In this document: positions 20,415 through 30,042 of the stretch, piece after piece | Layout of the letters: the number at the start of each line of letters is the position of its first letter | Numbering within the stretch: position 1 is the stretch's first letter | Source of the DNA: an uncultured Holophagales bacterium | GTDB lineage: Bacteria > Acidobacteriota > Thermoanaerobaculia > Multivoradales > UBA5704 | Assembly (NCBI GenBank): GCA_963842525.1 | Contig: CAWJGT010000009.1 | Span: 768,001 to 832,000 of the forward strand | Direction: 5' to 3' | Length of the DNA: 64,000 bases | Position numbers and translations under genes: made by a program | The notes under the pieces: generated by a model | Database searches by the model: none | Told to the model about the DNA's origin: nothing | The model's input: only the letters and a program-made list of their open reading frames with translations

Positions 20415-22511
20415 TCAATCCTGGCCGGTGCGGAGCCACCAGTAAGAGCCCTGGCTCGGCTTGCGCCGGACGTTGGTGGCACAATGGATTTCGCCGTGAT
20501 CCATGTGGTATGCCCAAGTGTCGACGCTGGTCCCTGTAAAGCCGTAGCGCCCCAACACGCTGAGAGTGTAGGCTTCAAAGACGTCCGCATTCGCCTCGAC
20601 CGTGAAAGGTTCCGTGATGGGTATCTGAATCGGGCCCGGCGTGACGGGCCCGTAGGGTTTGGGGAAAAGACAGCGATTGGAAAGCACGAGCATGTTGACG
20701 ATATCGGCGGTCAAGGCTTCGAGCTTCATCATCGCTTGAAAGAACAGGACGGGGACCTCCTCGATCACGACTTGCGATTCCGGAAACTCGTCACGAATGC
20801 GCTGGATCACTCCCAAAAGCTTTGCCTGTGCAGATTTAGAGTCGAACTCTCCCTCTCCTTGCTGTGTGCTCGTGAGCACGGACTCATACCTCGCTCTGGG
20901 GTCCTCCGACTCCTCGAGCTCGAAATCCACTCCGAGGTTGATGAAATCCGCCCCGGGGGCTATCGGAGCCGCCAAGAAATCCACGAGCGACTGCCCGGCC
21001 TGGCGCGTTCCGTCGGCCAGTTTTATCTCCCGGTCAGTGAGAATCGTCGCGCCGGGGTGCTGGAGCAAAGTTTCGTAGATCAGGCGATAGGCGAGCCGCG
21101 GGCTCGGGACCAGCGCCAGGGCGCGGCGGTCGGGCAGCGGCAGGAAGCACACGACTTCGTCCGCGTGCCCGACTCGGAGCCAGGAGGCATCCAACGAAAA
21201 TGGCCGCTGAACCCTCTGCGCCCTGAGGAAATCTTTGAGATCCTCACGCGAGGGCTCGGAAAAATAGACTCTGCCGAGGATGTCGTCGCCGAGGGGCGGA
21301 GTAACCTCCAGATTCCCGAAGGCGAGGGTTGTGTTGGTGTTTGGCACTTGTTCGCCAACCTGGAACACGCTCATACCAAGCTTTTCTTCGGTCACGCGCC
21401 CCTGCCATCTTTCGACGGGCGAGCGGAGCGCGACCATCACTGCGCGTTCCGCGGTGGCGCGCGTATGGCCGATTTCGAAGCCGTCCTGCATGAATAGCCT
21501 TTCGGCCGCAGACTCGGTAGTGATCTGCTCACGCTGAAGCCCGCACTCTTGAAGGGCCTCCACGGTCGTTGTATACCGGTGCTGTTCATTAGGCGGAGAA
21601 GGCCCTCCTCCCGGGGAGAGCTTCAGCGCCACGTAACCGTGCTCCACCTCTTCTCCGTGATGCATCATGACCCAGGGCGCGATCCGCAAGCGGGCGTACT
21701 GCGGCTCGCCGGCGATCCCGTTGATGAGCGGTGTGAAGGTCACGACCACGCATGGGTCCGCCGCCAGGTCGCGCAGGTACTGGGTTGCTTCCGCGAAGAA
21801 CCGCACGACACCGTCGCCCTCGGCGGGGAATGCGAACTGGTGGACCCCTCGATCCAGAACGATGGCGCCGCCTTCGGCCGTAAAAAACCGAACTCTCTCG
21901 GGAGCGCTGACCGCGATGATGCCCTCTACCATGGGACGCGGTGATGCGCCGAGCACTGACTCCGTCAGTCGAAATTCGAAAGGCGCCCAAGCTTCGCGAT
22001 TCGGTTCAGGGTTCTCGTTCGCAATCAGGATCGCACCGCGCCCCTCGGGCCCGAAGGTCCACTGGTCGATCCCTTCGGAAACCAGCACGCCGTTGCGTGC
22101 GGCGTCCACGAACATGCGTGCGGCCGGCGCCGGCGGCGCCTTGAGTACAACGACGATCTCGACCTCCAGAGAGCCTTGGTTGTCCGCCAAGCCATCCCCG
22201 TGCTGCGCGTTGAGGTCGTCGTTGATTCCCAAAAACAACTGTCCGCGACCCATCGCGGAAACGTTCGCGCCCCGCCCCCCCACCCAGAAAACGGCTTCGC
22301 CGATCTTCCCCACCAAGCCGCCTTCCGGTTGGCCCGGAACCGCATAGCCGTCCGTGGCGGTGTGCTTGGAATCCCCTTCCGGGCCGTATCGGCCCGAGTC
22401 CGGATTGCACGTCCACTCTCCGCCCTTGCAGAGGACGTACACGTCGTGACCCTCGTCAACGACGACTCCCGTCGCCGTCCAACGAACGTTGGCAAGCACC
22501 TGGACTTTCAT
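20415..22511 (-). CDS. LecA-like lectin fused to a protein-arginine deiminase (PAD)
   Basis: N-terminus is paralogous to the free lectin; PAD motifs IAPW, FMQD, GNLEVTPP, WLRVGHADE, PKPYGP, GEIHCATN. Confidence 0.85.
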   Translation of the reverse strand: MKVQVLANVRWTATGVVVDEGHDVYVLCKGGEWTCNPDSGRYGPEGDSKHTATDGYAVPGQPEGGLVGKIGEAVFWVGGRGANVSAMGRGQLFLGINDDLNAQHGDGLADNQGSLEVEIVVVLKAPPAPAARMFVDAARNGVLVSEGIDQWTFGPEGRGAILIANENPEPNREAWAPFEFRLTESVLGASPRPMVEGIIAVSAPERVRFFTAEGGAIVLDRGVHQFAFPAEGDGVVRFFAEATQYLRDLAADPCVVVTFTPLINGIAGEPQYARLRIAPWVMMHHGEEVEHGYVALKLSPGGGPSPPNEQHRYTTTVEALQECGLQREQITTESAAERLFMQDGFEIGHTRATAERAVMVALRSPVERWQGRVTEEKLGMSVFQVGEQVPNTNTTLAFGNLEVTPPLGDDILGRVYFSEPSREDLKDFLRAQRVQRPFSLDASWLRVGHADEVVCFLPLPDRRALALVPSPRLAYRLIYETLLQHPGATILTDREIKLADGTRQAGQSLVDFLAAPIAPGADFINLGVDFELEESEDPRARYESVLTSTQQGEGEFDSKSAQAKLLGVIQRIRDEFPESQVVIEEVPVLFFQAMMKLEALTADIVNMLVLSNRCLFPKPYGPVTPGPIQIPITEPFTVEANADVFEAYTLSVLGRYGFTGTSVDTWAYHMDHGEIHCATNVRRKPSQGSYWWLRTGQD

Positions 22512-22663
22512 GGAAGCCCTCCCGCAGGAGCCCGGGTAACGCAGATCAGCAAGAGGCGGCGAGCGCACGGGCGAATCGGCGCCGACGCGCGCACGCGCCG
22601 CCAGCCCATCTCGGCTACATCTGGAATCTTCTAAAGATTACCGCAGAGCTGACTTCTTGTCCA

Positions 22664-22707
22664 GCGGCTCCCGCCTCGTGCGCCTCGTGAAGCGCGCTCC
22701 GGGAGCC
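22664..22707 (-). terminator. GC-rich hairpin after the deacetylase gene
   Basis: CGGCTCCCG...CGGGAGCCG inverted repeat just downstream of the stop at 22714; no clear U-tract. Confidence 0.35.
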
Positions 22708-22713
22708 GGGGGC

Positions 22714-23673
22714 CTACTCGGGCTCCCCCTCCCGGTCCAGCAGGAAGCTGACGGGGACGAACTCGTACCCGTCGGCTTTGGCCTTGGGCACCTCTTCCTG
22801 GAGGGCGGCCAGGGTTTCGGGATGGGGGTGGCCGATGGCCACGGCGGCGCCGCGGGTCCTGGCGAGGGTTAGGAGGCGCTGGAACTGCTCGCGGATCGCC
22901 TCCGGCTGCGGGTCGCGATCGAGGAAGACCTTGCGCTCGGCGGCGGGGATGCCCATGGACAGGGCCGTCCGGTAGGCGACGCTGTCGGCGCTGGTGCGCG
23001 AGTCGAGGAAGAAGAGGCCGCGCCCGGCGAGGACCTGCAGGATGGCATGCATGGACGGCGCGTCGGCCGACAGCCCGGAGCCCATGTGGTTGTTCACCCC
23101 CACGGCCCCGGGGACCGCCTGGAGGGCCGCGGTCGTGCCGTCGCGGAGCTCCTCGGGGGTCATGCCGAGCCGCAGCGCACCGGGACCCGGATCCTCGCCG
23201 TTCTTGGGCTCCATGGGCAGGTGCAGGAGGATCTCTTTGCCCTGTTTGCGCAGCTCCGAGACGACCGCGGGGGTCTGGTCTGCGTATGGCAGGACGGCAT
23301 AGGTGATCGGGACGCCGAGGTCCTGCAGGGGACGGAGCTCGTCCACATTGTCCCCCAGGTCGTCGATCACCAGGGCGATCCGGCCCGGCCGGTCTCCTCC
23401 CCCGGTCGATACCGTGGTGCCGGAAGGGACCTCGTCGTCGGGCGCGTCGGTGGGGATGGAGGGCACAGCGGCCCGTACGGCCGTCTCCTCCCCGCGTGCG
23501 GGCGCGGCAGGGGATGCCGCGGAGGGTTTCTCACTCCCTTGCCCGGCAGGCGGAGACGGCGTCCTGTCCTGGAAGACGAGCCAGAGGGTTCCGGCACCGA
23601 TCACGATGCCGAACAGGAAGAGCCAGAAGCTCCCGAGGCCGGAGCGCTGGGAGCGGACGCGTCGGCGGGCCAT
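22714..23673 (-). CDS. Divergent polysaccharide deacetylase (YibQ family)
   Basis: IALVIDDLG, LHLPMEP, GVNNHMGS, FFLDSRT, IGHP. Confidence 0.93.
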   Translation of the reverse strand: MARRRVRSQRSGLGSFWLFLFGIVIGAGTLWLVFQDRTPSPPAGQGSEKPSAASPAAPARGEETAVRAAVPSIPTDAPDDEVPSGTTVSTGGGDRPGRIALVIDDLGDNVDELRPLQDLGVPITYAVLPYADQTPAVVSELRKQGKEILLHLPMEPKNGEDPGPGALRLGMTPEELRDGTTAALQAVPGAVGVNNHMGSGLSADAPSMHAILQVLAGRGLFFLDSRTSADSVAYRTALSMGIPAAERKVFLDRDPQPEAIREQFQRLLTLARTRGAAVAIGHPHPETLAALQEEVPKAKADGYEFVPVSFLLDREGEPE

Positions 23674-23697
23674 GGACGATCGGCCGTCAGGAGCCGA

Positions 23698-24883
23698 TCA
23701 GGCGGCGGCCTTCTGGGTCTCCACGTCGTCGCCGAGGAGCCGGTGGACACCCCGCCGCAGGATCAGCTCGCCGAGGGGCACGTCCTTTTCGAGATAGGTG
23801 CGGGCGCGCTCGTCCACCAGCAGGTCGGGGCGCAACGCCTCGTTGATCGGCTTCTTGTCCGGGCCGGTGTAGAAGGCTTCGGTGAAGAGCAGCCGTCCGC
23901 CGGTGGACAGCTCGGCCATGCCCTGGCGGCCGGCGTAGCCGAAGGTCCGTTCGCCGACCAGCTCGGCCTTGACCTTCTGGCGCAGGACCGTGGCGAGGAC
24001 CTCGGCGGCGCCGAGCGTGCCGCGGTCGACGAGGACCACCATCCGGCCTTGCCAGGTGGGCTTGGTGTCGCCGCCGAAGGCCTGGACCTGCTCGGCGCGC
24101 CGCTGCAGCGCGCCGAGGTCGCCGGTGGCGAACAGGCGGGCGGTGGCATAGGCGGCCTCCGGATCGCCGGAGGAGACGCCGCGCAGGTCGATCGCGATGC
24201 CGCGGCGCGTCCGCTCGGTGCCGTTTTCGAGGAGCTTGCGGACCTGCTCGGCGGTCTGCGCGTCGAAGGTCGGGATGCGCAGCACCGCCACGCCCTCGAC
24301 CTCTTCCATCGACGAGGCCGGCGCCGCGAAGGGCGCCAGCGTGAACGAGACCTGGACGGGCTCGCCGAGGCGGATGCAGCTCCAGGCCCACCTTGGTGCC
24401 CGGCTTGGCGGCCAGGGTCTCCTGCATCTCCCAGAGCGGCATGGTGCGGGTAGTGCGGTCCTGGACCTCGGCCACGATGTCGCCGGGCTTGATCCCCGCC
24501 TCGCCGGCCGGGCTCCCTTTCTCCACCGCCACCACGTAGGCGAAGCCGTTCTCCTTGAGCAGGGTCAGGCCGCTCTGCCGCCAGCCGAGGTTGCGCACCG
24601 ACAGGTAGGTCTCCACCTGCGCGGCCGGGATGTAGAGCGAGAACGGATCGAGCGCGTCGGTCGTGCCGTCGAGGGCGCCGGCCATCAACGACTCCATGTC
24701 GGGCGCATCGACATAGCTCTGGCGGACCAGGCCCAGCACCTCGGTGAAGACGGAGAGGTACTTGTAGAGGGAATCCTCGTCCTGCGGCGCCTGCCGGTCC
24801 GCGGCGCGCAGCAGCGCGTCGGTCAGGAAGGGGAAGGTCAGGAGGAAGGAGACGAGAAAGAAAGCGGTGCGACTGCGGCTCAT
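23698..24883 (-). CDS. S41/CtpA-like PDZ protease homologue, frameshifted near 24376, active site degenerate
   Basis: LDPFSLY, GSPAGEAGIKPGD (PDZ), IDLRG, GTLGAAE, TFGYAGRQ. Confidence 0.82.
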
Positions 24884-26013
24884 GGTGCTCCCCGTAACCA
24901 GCTCAAGGGGTCTTCGGGACGGTTCTCGACGCGGATCTCGAAATACAGCCGATCCGAGGCGAGCCCGACGACACCGCCTAAAGATACCACATTCTGGGGA
25001 ATCACCCGGAGCTCGGAGAGGCCGGCGTAGAGGGTGAAGACGCGGCCCGCGTGGTGGACCACCGCGGTGTTGCCGTAGCCTTGGAACGGCGCGGCGAAGA
25101 TCACCCGGCCGGGGAAGACCGCCCGCACCTCGCCGGCCGGCACGGTGGCCAGGTCGATGCCGTTGTGCGGCACCCGCGTGCGGTAGCGCGGATCGAGCCG
25201 CGGGCCGAAGCCGAGGGTCACCCGGCCTGGCGCCGGCCAGTCGAGCACGCCGCGGAACTGCTGGATGGGCGTGCCGGCAAGGGCGTCGGCGTTGCGGCCG
25301 TAGAGGAGGTCGAGGAGCGCGGCCATCTTGCGCTCCCGGTCCTCCAGGGTGCGGGTGCGGGCAGTCAGCGATTCCTCCTCCTTCTCGACGCGGGCGAGCA
25401 GCACGGCCCGGCGGTCGCGCACGGCGAAGAGCTCGCGGCGGCGCGCGGCCTGGCGGGCCGTCCATTGCTCCTTCTCCTCGCGCTCGGCGAGCAGGCGGTC
25501 GCGCTCGCGGCCGAGGCGCTCGCGGGCCTCCCGGTGGCGGTCGAAGGCCTGGCGGTCGCGCCGGGCCAGGTATCGCATCAGGCGCAGGGATGGGAGGAGC
25601 GGCCGGTCCGGGTCGAGCGACAGGAAGAGCCGGAAATAGCCGTGGCGGCCGAGCCTGTAGAGCGCGGCGAGCCGGCGCCCCAGCTCGCGGCGGGTCGCCT
25701 CGGCCGCTGCTCCAAGCCGCGCCACCTCGGCCTCGCTCGCCTCGATCCGCCGGACGGCCAGGTCGCGGGCGGCCAGCGACTCGGCGAGCCGGACCTCCTG
25801 GAGCCGCAGCTCGAGGTCGGCCGCCGCGAGATCGTCGCGCAAGCCGCGGCTGCGTTGCCGCGCTCCCGAGAGCTGGCCTTCCAGGCGGCCGATCTCCGCC
25901 CGCAACGCGGTCAGCTCCTGCTCGCGGGTTGAATGCGGCTGGGGAAGGGCGGGAACGGCCAGGGCTGCGATGAGACAGAGGCAGGCGCTCCGGCGCAGCC
26001 CCGGCGCGCTCAC
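24880..26013 (-). CDS. EnvC-like murein hydrolase activator (coiled coil plus M23)
   Basis: Signal peptide, long coiled coil, LDWPAPG, HNGID, LYFEIR; lies beside the S41 and YibQ genes. Confidence 0.87.
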   Translation of the reverse strand: MSAPGLRRSACLCLIAALAVPALPQPHSTREQELTALRAEIGRLEGQLSGARQRSRGLRDDLAAADLELRLQEVRLAESLAARDLAVRRIEASEAEVARLGAAAEATRRELGRRLAALYRLGRHGYFRLFLSLDPDRPLLPSLRLMRYLARRDRQAFDRHREARERLGRERDRLLAEREEKEQWTARQAARRRELFAVRDRRAVLLARVEKEEESLTARTRTLEDRERKMAALLDLLYGRNADALAGTPIQQFRGVLDWPAPGRVTLGFGPRLDPRYRTRVPHNGIDLATVPAGEVRAVFPGRVIFAAPFQGYGNTAVVHHAGRVFTLYAGLSELRVIPQNVVSLGGVVGLASDRLYFEIRVENRPEDPLSWLRGAP

Positions 26014-28103
26014 TCCGCGGTCAGCTCCGACCAGAGGAAGCTCAGCTCGTCGGCGGCCTCCTCGATCTGCTTCGACATCGGCTTGCCGCTGCCGTGCCCG
26101 GCGCGCGTCTCGACCCGGATCAGCACCGGCGCCGGGCCCGCCTGCGCGTGCTGCAGGGCGGCGGCGAACTTGTAGCTGTGCACCGGCACCACGCGGTCGT
26201 CATGATCGGCCGTCACGATCAGCACGGCCGGGTACTCCACCCCGGGCCGCGCGTTGTGGTACGGCGAATAGGAATGGAGCACCCGCAGCTCTTCCGGGTC
26301 CTCGGGCGATCCGTAGTCCGAGACCCACCCCCAGCCGATCGTGAACTTGTGGAAGCGCAGCATGTCGAGCACCCCGACCCCCACCAGGGCCGCCCGGAAG
26401 AGGTCCGGACGCTGGATCAGCGTGGCGGCGGCCACCAGCCCTCCGTTGCTGTGGCCGCCGATCGCCAGGTGCTGCCGCGAGGTGTAGCCGTTGGCGATCA
26501 GCCACTCGGCGGCGGCAATCATGTCGTCGAATGTGTTTTGCTTGCGCACCCGGGTGCCCGCCTGGTGCCAGTCCTCCCCGTACTCGCCGCCGCCCCGCAG
26601 GTTGGCCACGGCATAGATCCCGCCGCGCTCCATCCAGACCAGGCTGGGCACCGAAAAGGCGGGGGTCATGGGGGTGTTGAACCCGCCGTAGCCGTAGAGG
26701 TAGACCGGTGTGTCGGCGGCGGGCTCGAGCCCCCTTTTGAAGGTGAGGAACATCGGCACCCGGGTGCCGTCCCGGCTCTCGAAGAAGACCTGGCGGGTCT
26801 CGAAGCCCGATGGATCGAACGCCACCTGCGGACGGCCGAAGACGGCGATCTCGCCGCGGTCGAGGTCGTAGCGGTAGACGGTGTCCGGCGCGGTGTAGCT
26901 GGCGAAGGAGAAGAAGGTCTCGCGGTCCCCGTGCTTGCCGGCGAAGCCGGCCACGGTGCCGAGCCCCGGCAGGTCGAGCTCGCCCAGGGGCTGGCCGTCG
27001 AGGCCATAGAGGCGGACCTGGGCGGAGGCGTCCCGCAGGTAGTGGGCGATGAAGCGGTCGCCCACGCAGGTCACGGCCTGCAGCGCCTCCTCCGTCTCCG
27101 GGATCAGCTCCTGCCAGCGCTCGGGGGCCGGATCGCGCAGGTCCACGGCCAGGAGGCGGCTGCACGGCGCCGCGAGGTCGGTCAACAGCCAGACGACGGA
27201 CCCGCGGCTGCCCACGAACATGTACGACGCCTCGAAAGCGCCGGGCAGCTCGATCACCGGCAAGCCCGGCTGCCCGAGATCGCGGTAAAGGATCGAGTTC
27301 TCGTCCTTGGTCCCCTTCCAGGCGTGGATGATCAGATACCGGCCGTCCTCGGTGATGTAGGGGACGAACCCCATCTCCTTGTCGTCGGGGCGATGGTAGA
27401 CGAGCTCGTCTTCGGACTGCGGCGTGCCGAGCCGGTGGTAGTACATCCTCTGCCAGAAGTTCGCCTCGTCGAGACGGCGCCCGTCCTGCGGCTCGTCATA
27501 GCGGCAATAGAAGAAGCCGGCGCCGTCATGGGTCCAGGCCGACTGGGAGAACTTGACCCAGCGCAGGACATCGGGCAGGTCCTCGCCGGTTTCGACGTCG
27601 CGGACCCGCCACTCCTGCCAGTCGGAGCCGGCGTGCGCCAGGCCGTAGGCGACCCGCCGGCCGTCCTCGCTGGGGTTGAACAGGGCGAGAGCGACCGTGC
27701 CGTCGTGCGAGAGCTCGTTGGGGTCGATCAGGACGCGCGGCTCGCCGTCCAGGCGGTCCAACATGCAGAGGACGCTCTGGTCCTGGAGCCCGTCGTTCTT
27801 GGTGAAGAAATAGCGTCCCCCCTGGCGGACCGGGATGCCGTAGCGCTCGAAGCTCCAGAGGTCGGTCAGGCGCTGGCGGATCTCCGCCCGCTCGGGGATG
27901 TCCTGCAGGTAGCAGGCGGTGACCCGGTTCTGGGCCATCACCCAGGACCGGGTCAGCTCCGAATCCAGGTCCTCCAGCCAGCGATAGGGATCGGGCACGG
28001 CGATGCCGTGGTGGACGTCGACGTGGTCGACGCGGGGCGTATCGGGGTACGCGAGCCGTCTCGCCAGCGGCGGCCCGACAGGGATCTGCATCTCGGCGCT
28101 CAT
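26010..28103 (-). CDS. Prolyl oligopeptidase (S9A)
   Basis: DPYRWLED, YGYGGF, GHSNGG, DHDDRV, AGHG. Confidence 0.95.
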   Translation of the reverse strand: MSAEMQIPVGPPLARRLAYPDTPRVDHVDVHHGIAVPDPYRWLEDLDSELTRSWVMAQNRVTACYLQDIPERAEIRQRLTDLWSFERYGIPVRQGGRYFFTKNDGLQDQSVLCMLDRLDGEPRVLIDPNELSHDGTVALALFNPSEDGRRVAYGLAHAGSDWQEWRVRDVETGEDLPDVLRWVKFSQSAWTHDGAGFFYCRYDEPQDGRRLDEANFWQRMYYHRLGTPQSEDELVYHRPDDKEMGFVPYITEDGRYLIIHAWKGTKDENSILYRDLGQPGLPVIELPGAFEASYMFVGSRGSVVWLLTDLAAPCSRLLAVDLRDPAPERWQELIPETEEALQAVTCVGDRFIAHYLRDASAQVRLYGLDGQPLGELDLPGLGTVAGFAGKHGDRETFFSFASYTAPDTVYRYDLDRGEIAVFGRPQVAFDPSGFETRQVFFESRDGTRVPMFLTFKRGLEPAADTPVYLYGYGGFNTPMTPAFSVPSLVWMERGGIYAVANLRGGGEYGEDWHQAGTRVRKQNTFDDMIAAAEWLIANGYTSRQHLAIGGHSNGGLVAAATLIQRPDLFRAALVGVGVLDMLRFHKFTIGWGWVSDYGSPEDPEELRVLHSYSPYHNARPGVEYPAVLIVTADHDDRVVPVHSYKFAAALQHAQAGPAPVLIRVETRAGHGSGKPMSKQIEEAADELSFLWSELTAE

Positions 28104-28161
28104 CAGTCCAAAAACATCCGGGGTCTGGGACGCACCAGACACCCGCCATAAAGATAGGTGC

Positions 28162-30012
28162 TCAAAGATACCCCAGTGAGCGCAGGCTCTCCAGATATTC
28201 CTTCCCTTCCGGCGTACGAGAGGGCGCCGATCCCCTCTCGCCATAGCCGGCGACGACCACCGGCGGCGCGGGCCAGACGCACTCCGGCGGCGGCGGCGGC
28301 AGCTCTTCGCTCTGCGGCAGGCCCACGGCGCGCAGCAGGGCCGCGGCGACCGCTTCGGGCGTGGTGGAAGGCCGCGGCAACGACGGGTTGTGCCCGCACC
28401 CCTGCCCTCGACGCCAGAGGAGGACCCGTCCCTCTCCTCCGATCCGGCGCCGGCCCGGATCGAGCACCACGGCCACGGTGCCGATCCCCGCGGGCACGGT
28501 CCTCCGGAGGAGCAGGTCCGCGGCCCGCAGCTCGGACCGCATCAGGTCGGCGAAGGCGACGTCCCCGCCGGCCCAGCGGTCGGCGGCGATGTCGAGCGCC
28601 GGCAGGTAGAGGGCGGCGGCGCGCGGCGCGGCGGCGATCCGGTCCTCGAGGACCTGCCGGTAGAAGCGATCGGGGAGCACGGCCCGCTCCAGGACCGATG
28701 CAGCCGCATCGGCAGGCAAGGCGGCCCGCAGCCGGCCTTCCAGGCCGTCGCCCACCGGCCGGGCGGCCTCACGGGCGAGCTGACGCAGCGGCCCTGAGTC
28801 CGGTTCGGGAGCGACCGCCCCCTGCGCACCTTCGTGCAGGAGCTGGTAGGCGCCATGGGCCACCACCAAGCCGGGGAGCTGGCCGGCCGGGAAGGTGGCC
28901 CACCAGTTCACAGCGACGACGGGAGCGCCGCTCCGCGACGCGAGCTCCCAGAGCGTGAAAGCACTGCGCCGGTTGGCGAGCACCGGCCGGTATTCGGCGA
29001 GCCCCAGGGGCACCTCGACACCGCTCCACCAGGTGCGCAGCGGCCCGGTGCGCGCGAGCGGCGTGGCGACCCCGAGCGGCCGGAAGCTGTCGAGCGCCGT
29101 GACGCCATGGTCCGGGCCGGGCAGGCCGGTGGCGACGGACGTCCAGAACGAGGCCGGCGGCTCGTCCCGCCGCGGATAGCTCCAGATCCGCCCTCCGGCG
29201 TGGGACAGAGCGGCGAGGGTCGGCAGATCGCCCACGGCCAGCAGGTAATCCACCTCCTCCGGCAGCACGCCGTCGATCCCGACGAGGAGCACCCGCTCGC
29301 CCGCGGCCATGGGGAGCCCGGACGGCAGCGGAGGGGTCTCCTCCCGGCGGGCCGAGAGGACCACCGGCAGGGTGAGGAGGAACGCCGCGCCGAGGATCGC
29401 CAGCCCCAGCCAGCGCCGCGAGAACAGCCGTCCGGCCGGCGCCGCGTCGGTGAAGCGGATGGCCAGGGCGAGCAGGCCGTCGTAGACGAGCTTGACCAGG
29501 GCATAGACCGCGATGGGGGCCGCGAGGCCGAGCACGGCGGCCAGCGGCGCGTTGCCTTCGGCGAGCAGCGTCCGCGCTCCACGCAGGGCGAGGGCCAGCG
29601 CCCCACCTCCCGCGAGCAGGGCGGCGACGAGCGCCAGGGTCTCGATGCGCCGCACGTGGTAGAGCCGCAGGACGAGCAAAAGCACACCGCAGAGCGCCAG
29701 GAAGCCGAGGGCGATGACGGCCGAGATCGGCGGGAACAGATGGAGGAAGAGAGCCAGGGTGTCGAGGACGAGGTCGAGCACCCGGGTACCGGGCAAGGCG
29801 TTGGCGATCACCAGCGCCAGGGCGAGGGCCAGGGCCGTCACCACCCCGGCGAGGAGGCCGACCTTGAGCGTGAGCAACGCCAGGGTGCGCCCCGGCCGGC
29901 GGGGGCGGAGGGCGTCCTGCAGCAGGAAGCGCTCGAAGCCGTGGTTGAGATATCCCAGCCGCCGCAGCTCCGAGCGCACCCGTTCGAGATCGTGGTCGGC
30001 CGTCTCCTCCAT
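28162..30012 (-). CDS. Membrane protein with an alkaline-phosphatase/phosphodiesterase-superfamily domain
   Basis: About 6 N-terminal TM helices; LVGIDG, WTSVATG, VNWWATFP; C-terminal LRSLGYL. Confidence 0.75.
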   Translation of the reverse strand: MEETADHDLERVRSELRRLGYLNHGFERFLLQDALRPRRPGRTLALLTLKVGLLAGVVTALALALALVIANALPGTRVLDLVLDTLALFLHLFPPISAVIALGFLALCGVLLLVLRLYHVRRIETLALVAALLAGGGALALALRGARTLLAEGNAPLAAVLGLAAPIAVYALVKLVYDGLLALAIRFTDAAPAGRLFSRRWLGLAILGAAFLLTLPVVLSARREETPPLPSGLPMAAGERVLLVGIDGVLPEEVDYLLAVGDLPTLAALSHAGGRIWSYPRRDEPPASFWTSVATGLPGPDHGVTALDSFRPLGVATPLARTGPLRTWWSGVEVPLGLAEYRPVLANRRSAFTLWELASRSGAPVVAVNWWATFPAGQLPGLVVAHGAYQLLHEGAQGAVAPEPDSGPLRQLAREAARPVGDGLEGRLRAALPADAAASVLERAVLPDRFYRQVLEDRIAAAPRAAALYLPALDIAADRWAGGDVAFADLMRSELRAADLLLRRTVPAGIGTVAVVLDPGRRRIGGEGRVLLWRRGQGCGHNPSLPRPSTTPEAVAAALLRAVGLPQSEELPPPPPECVWPAPPVVVAGYGERGSAPSRTPEGKEYLESLRSLGYL

Positions 30013-30042
30013 GGGGGGTAGTGTAACCTCACCCCCTGGCCG

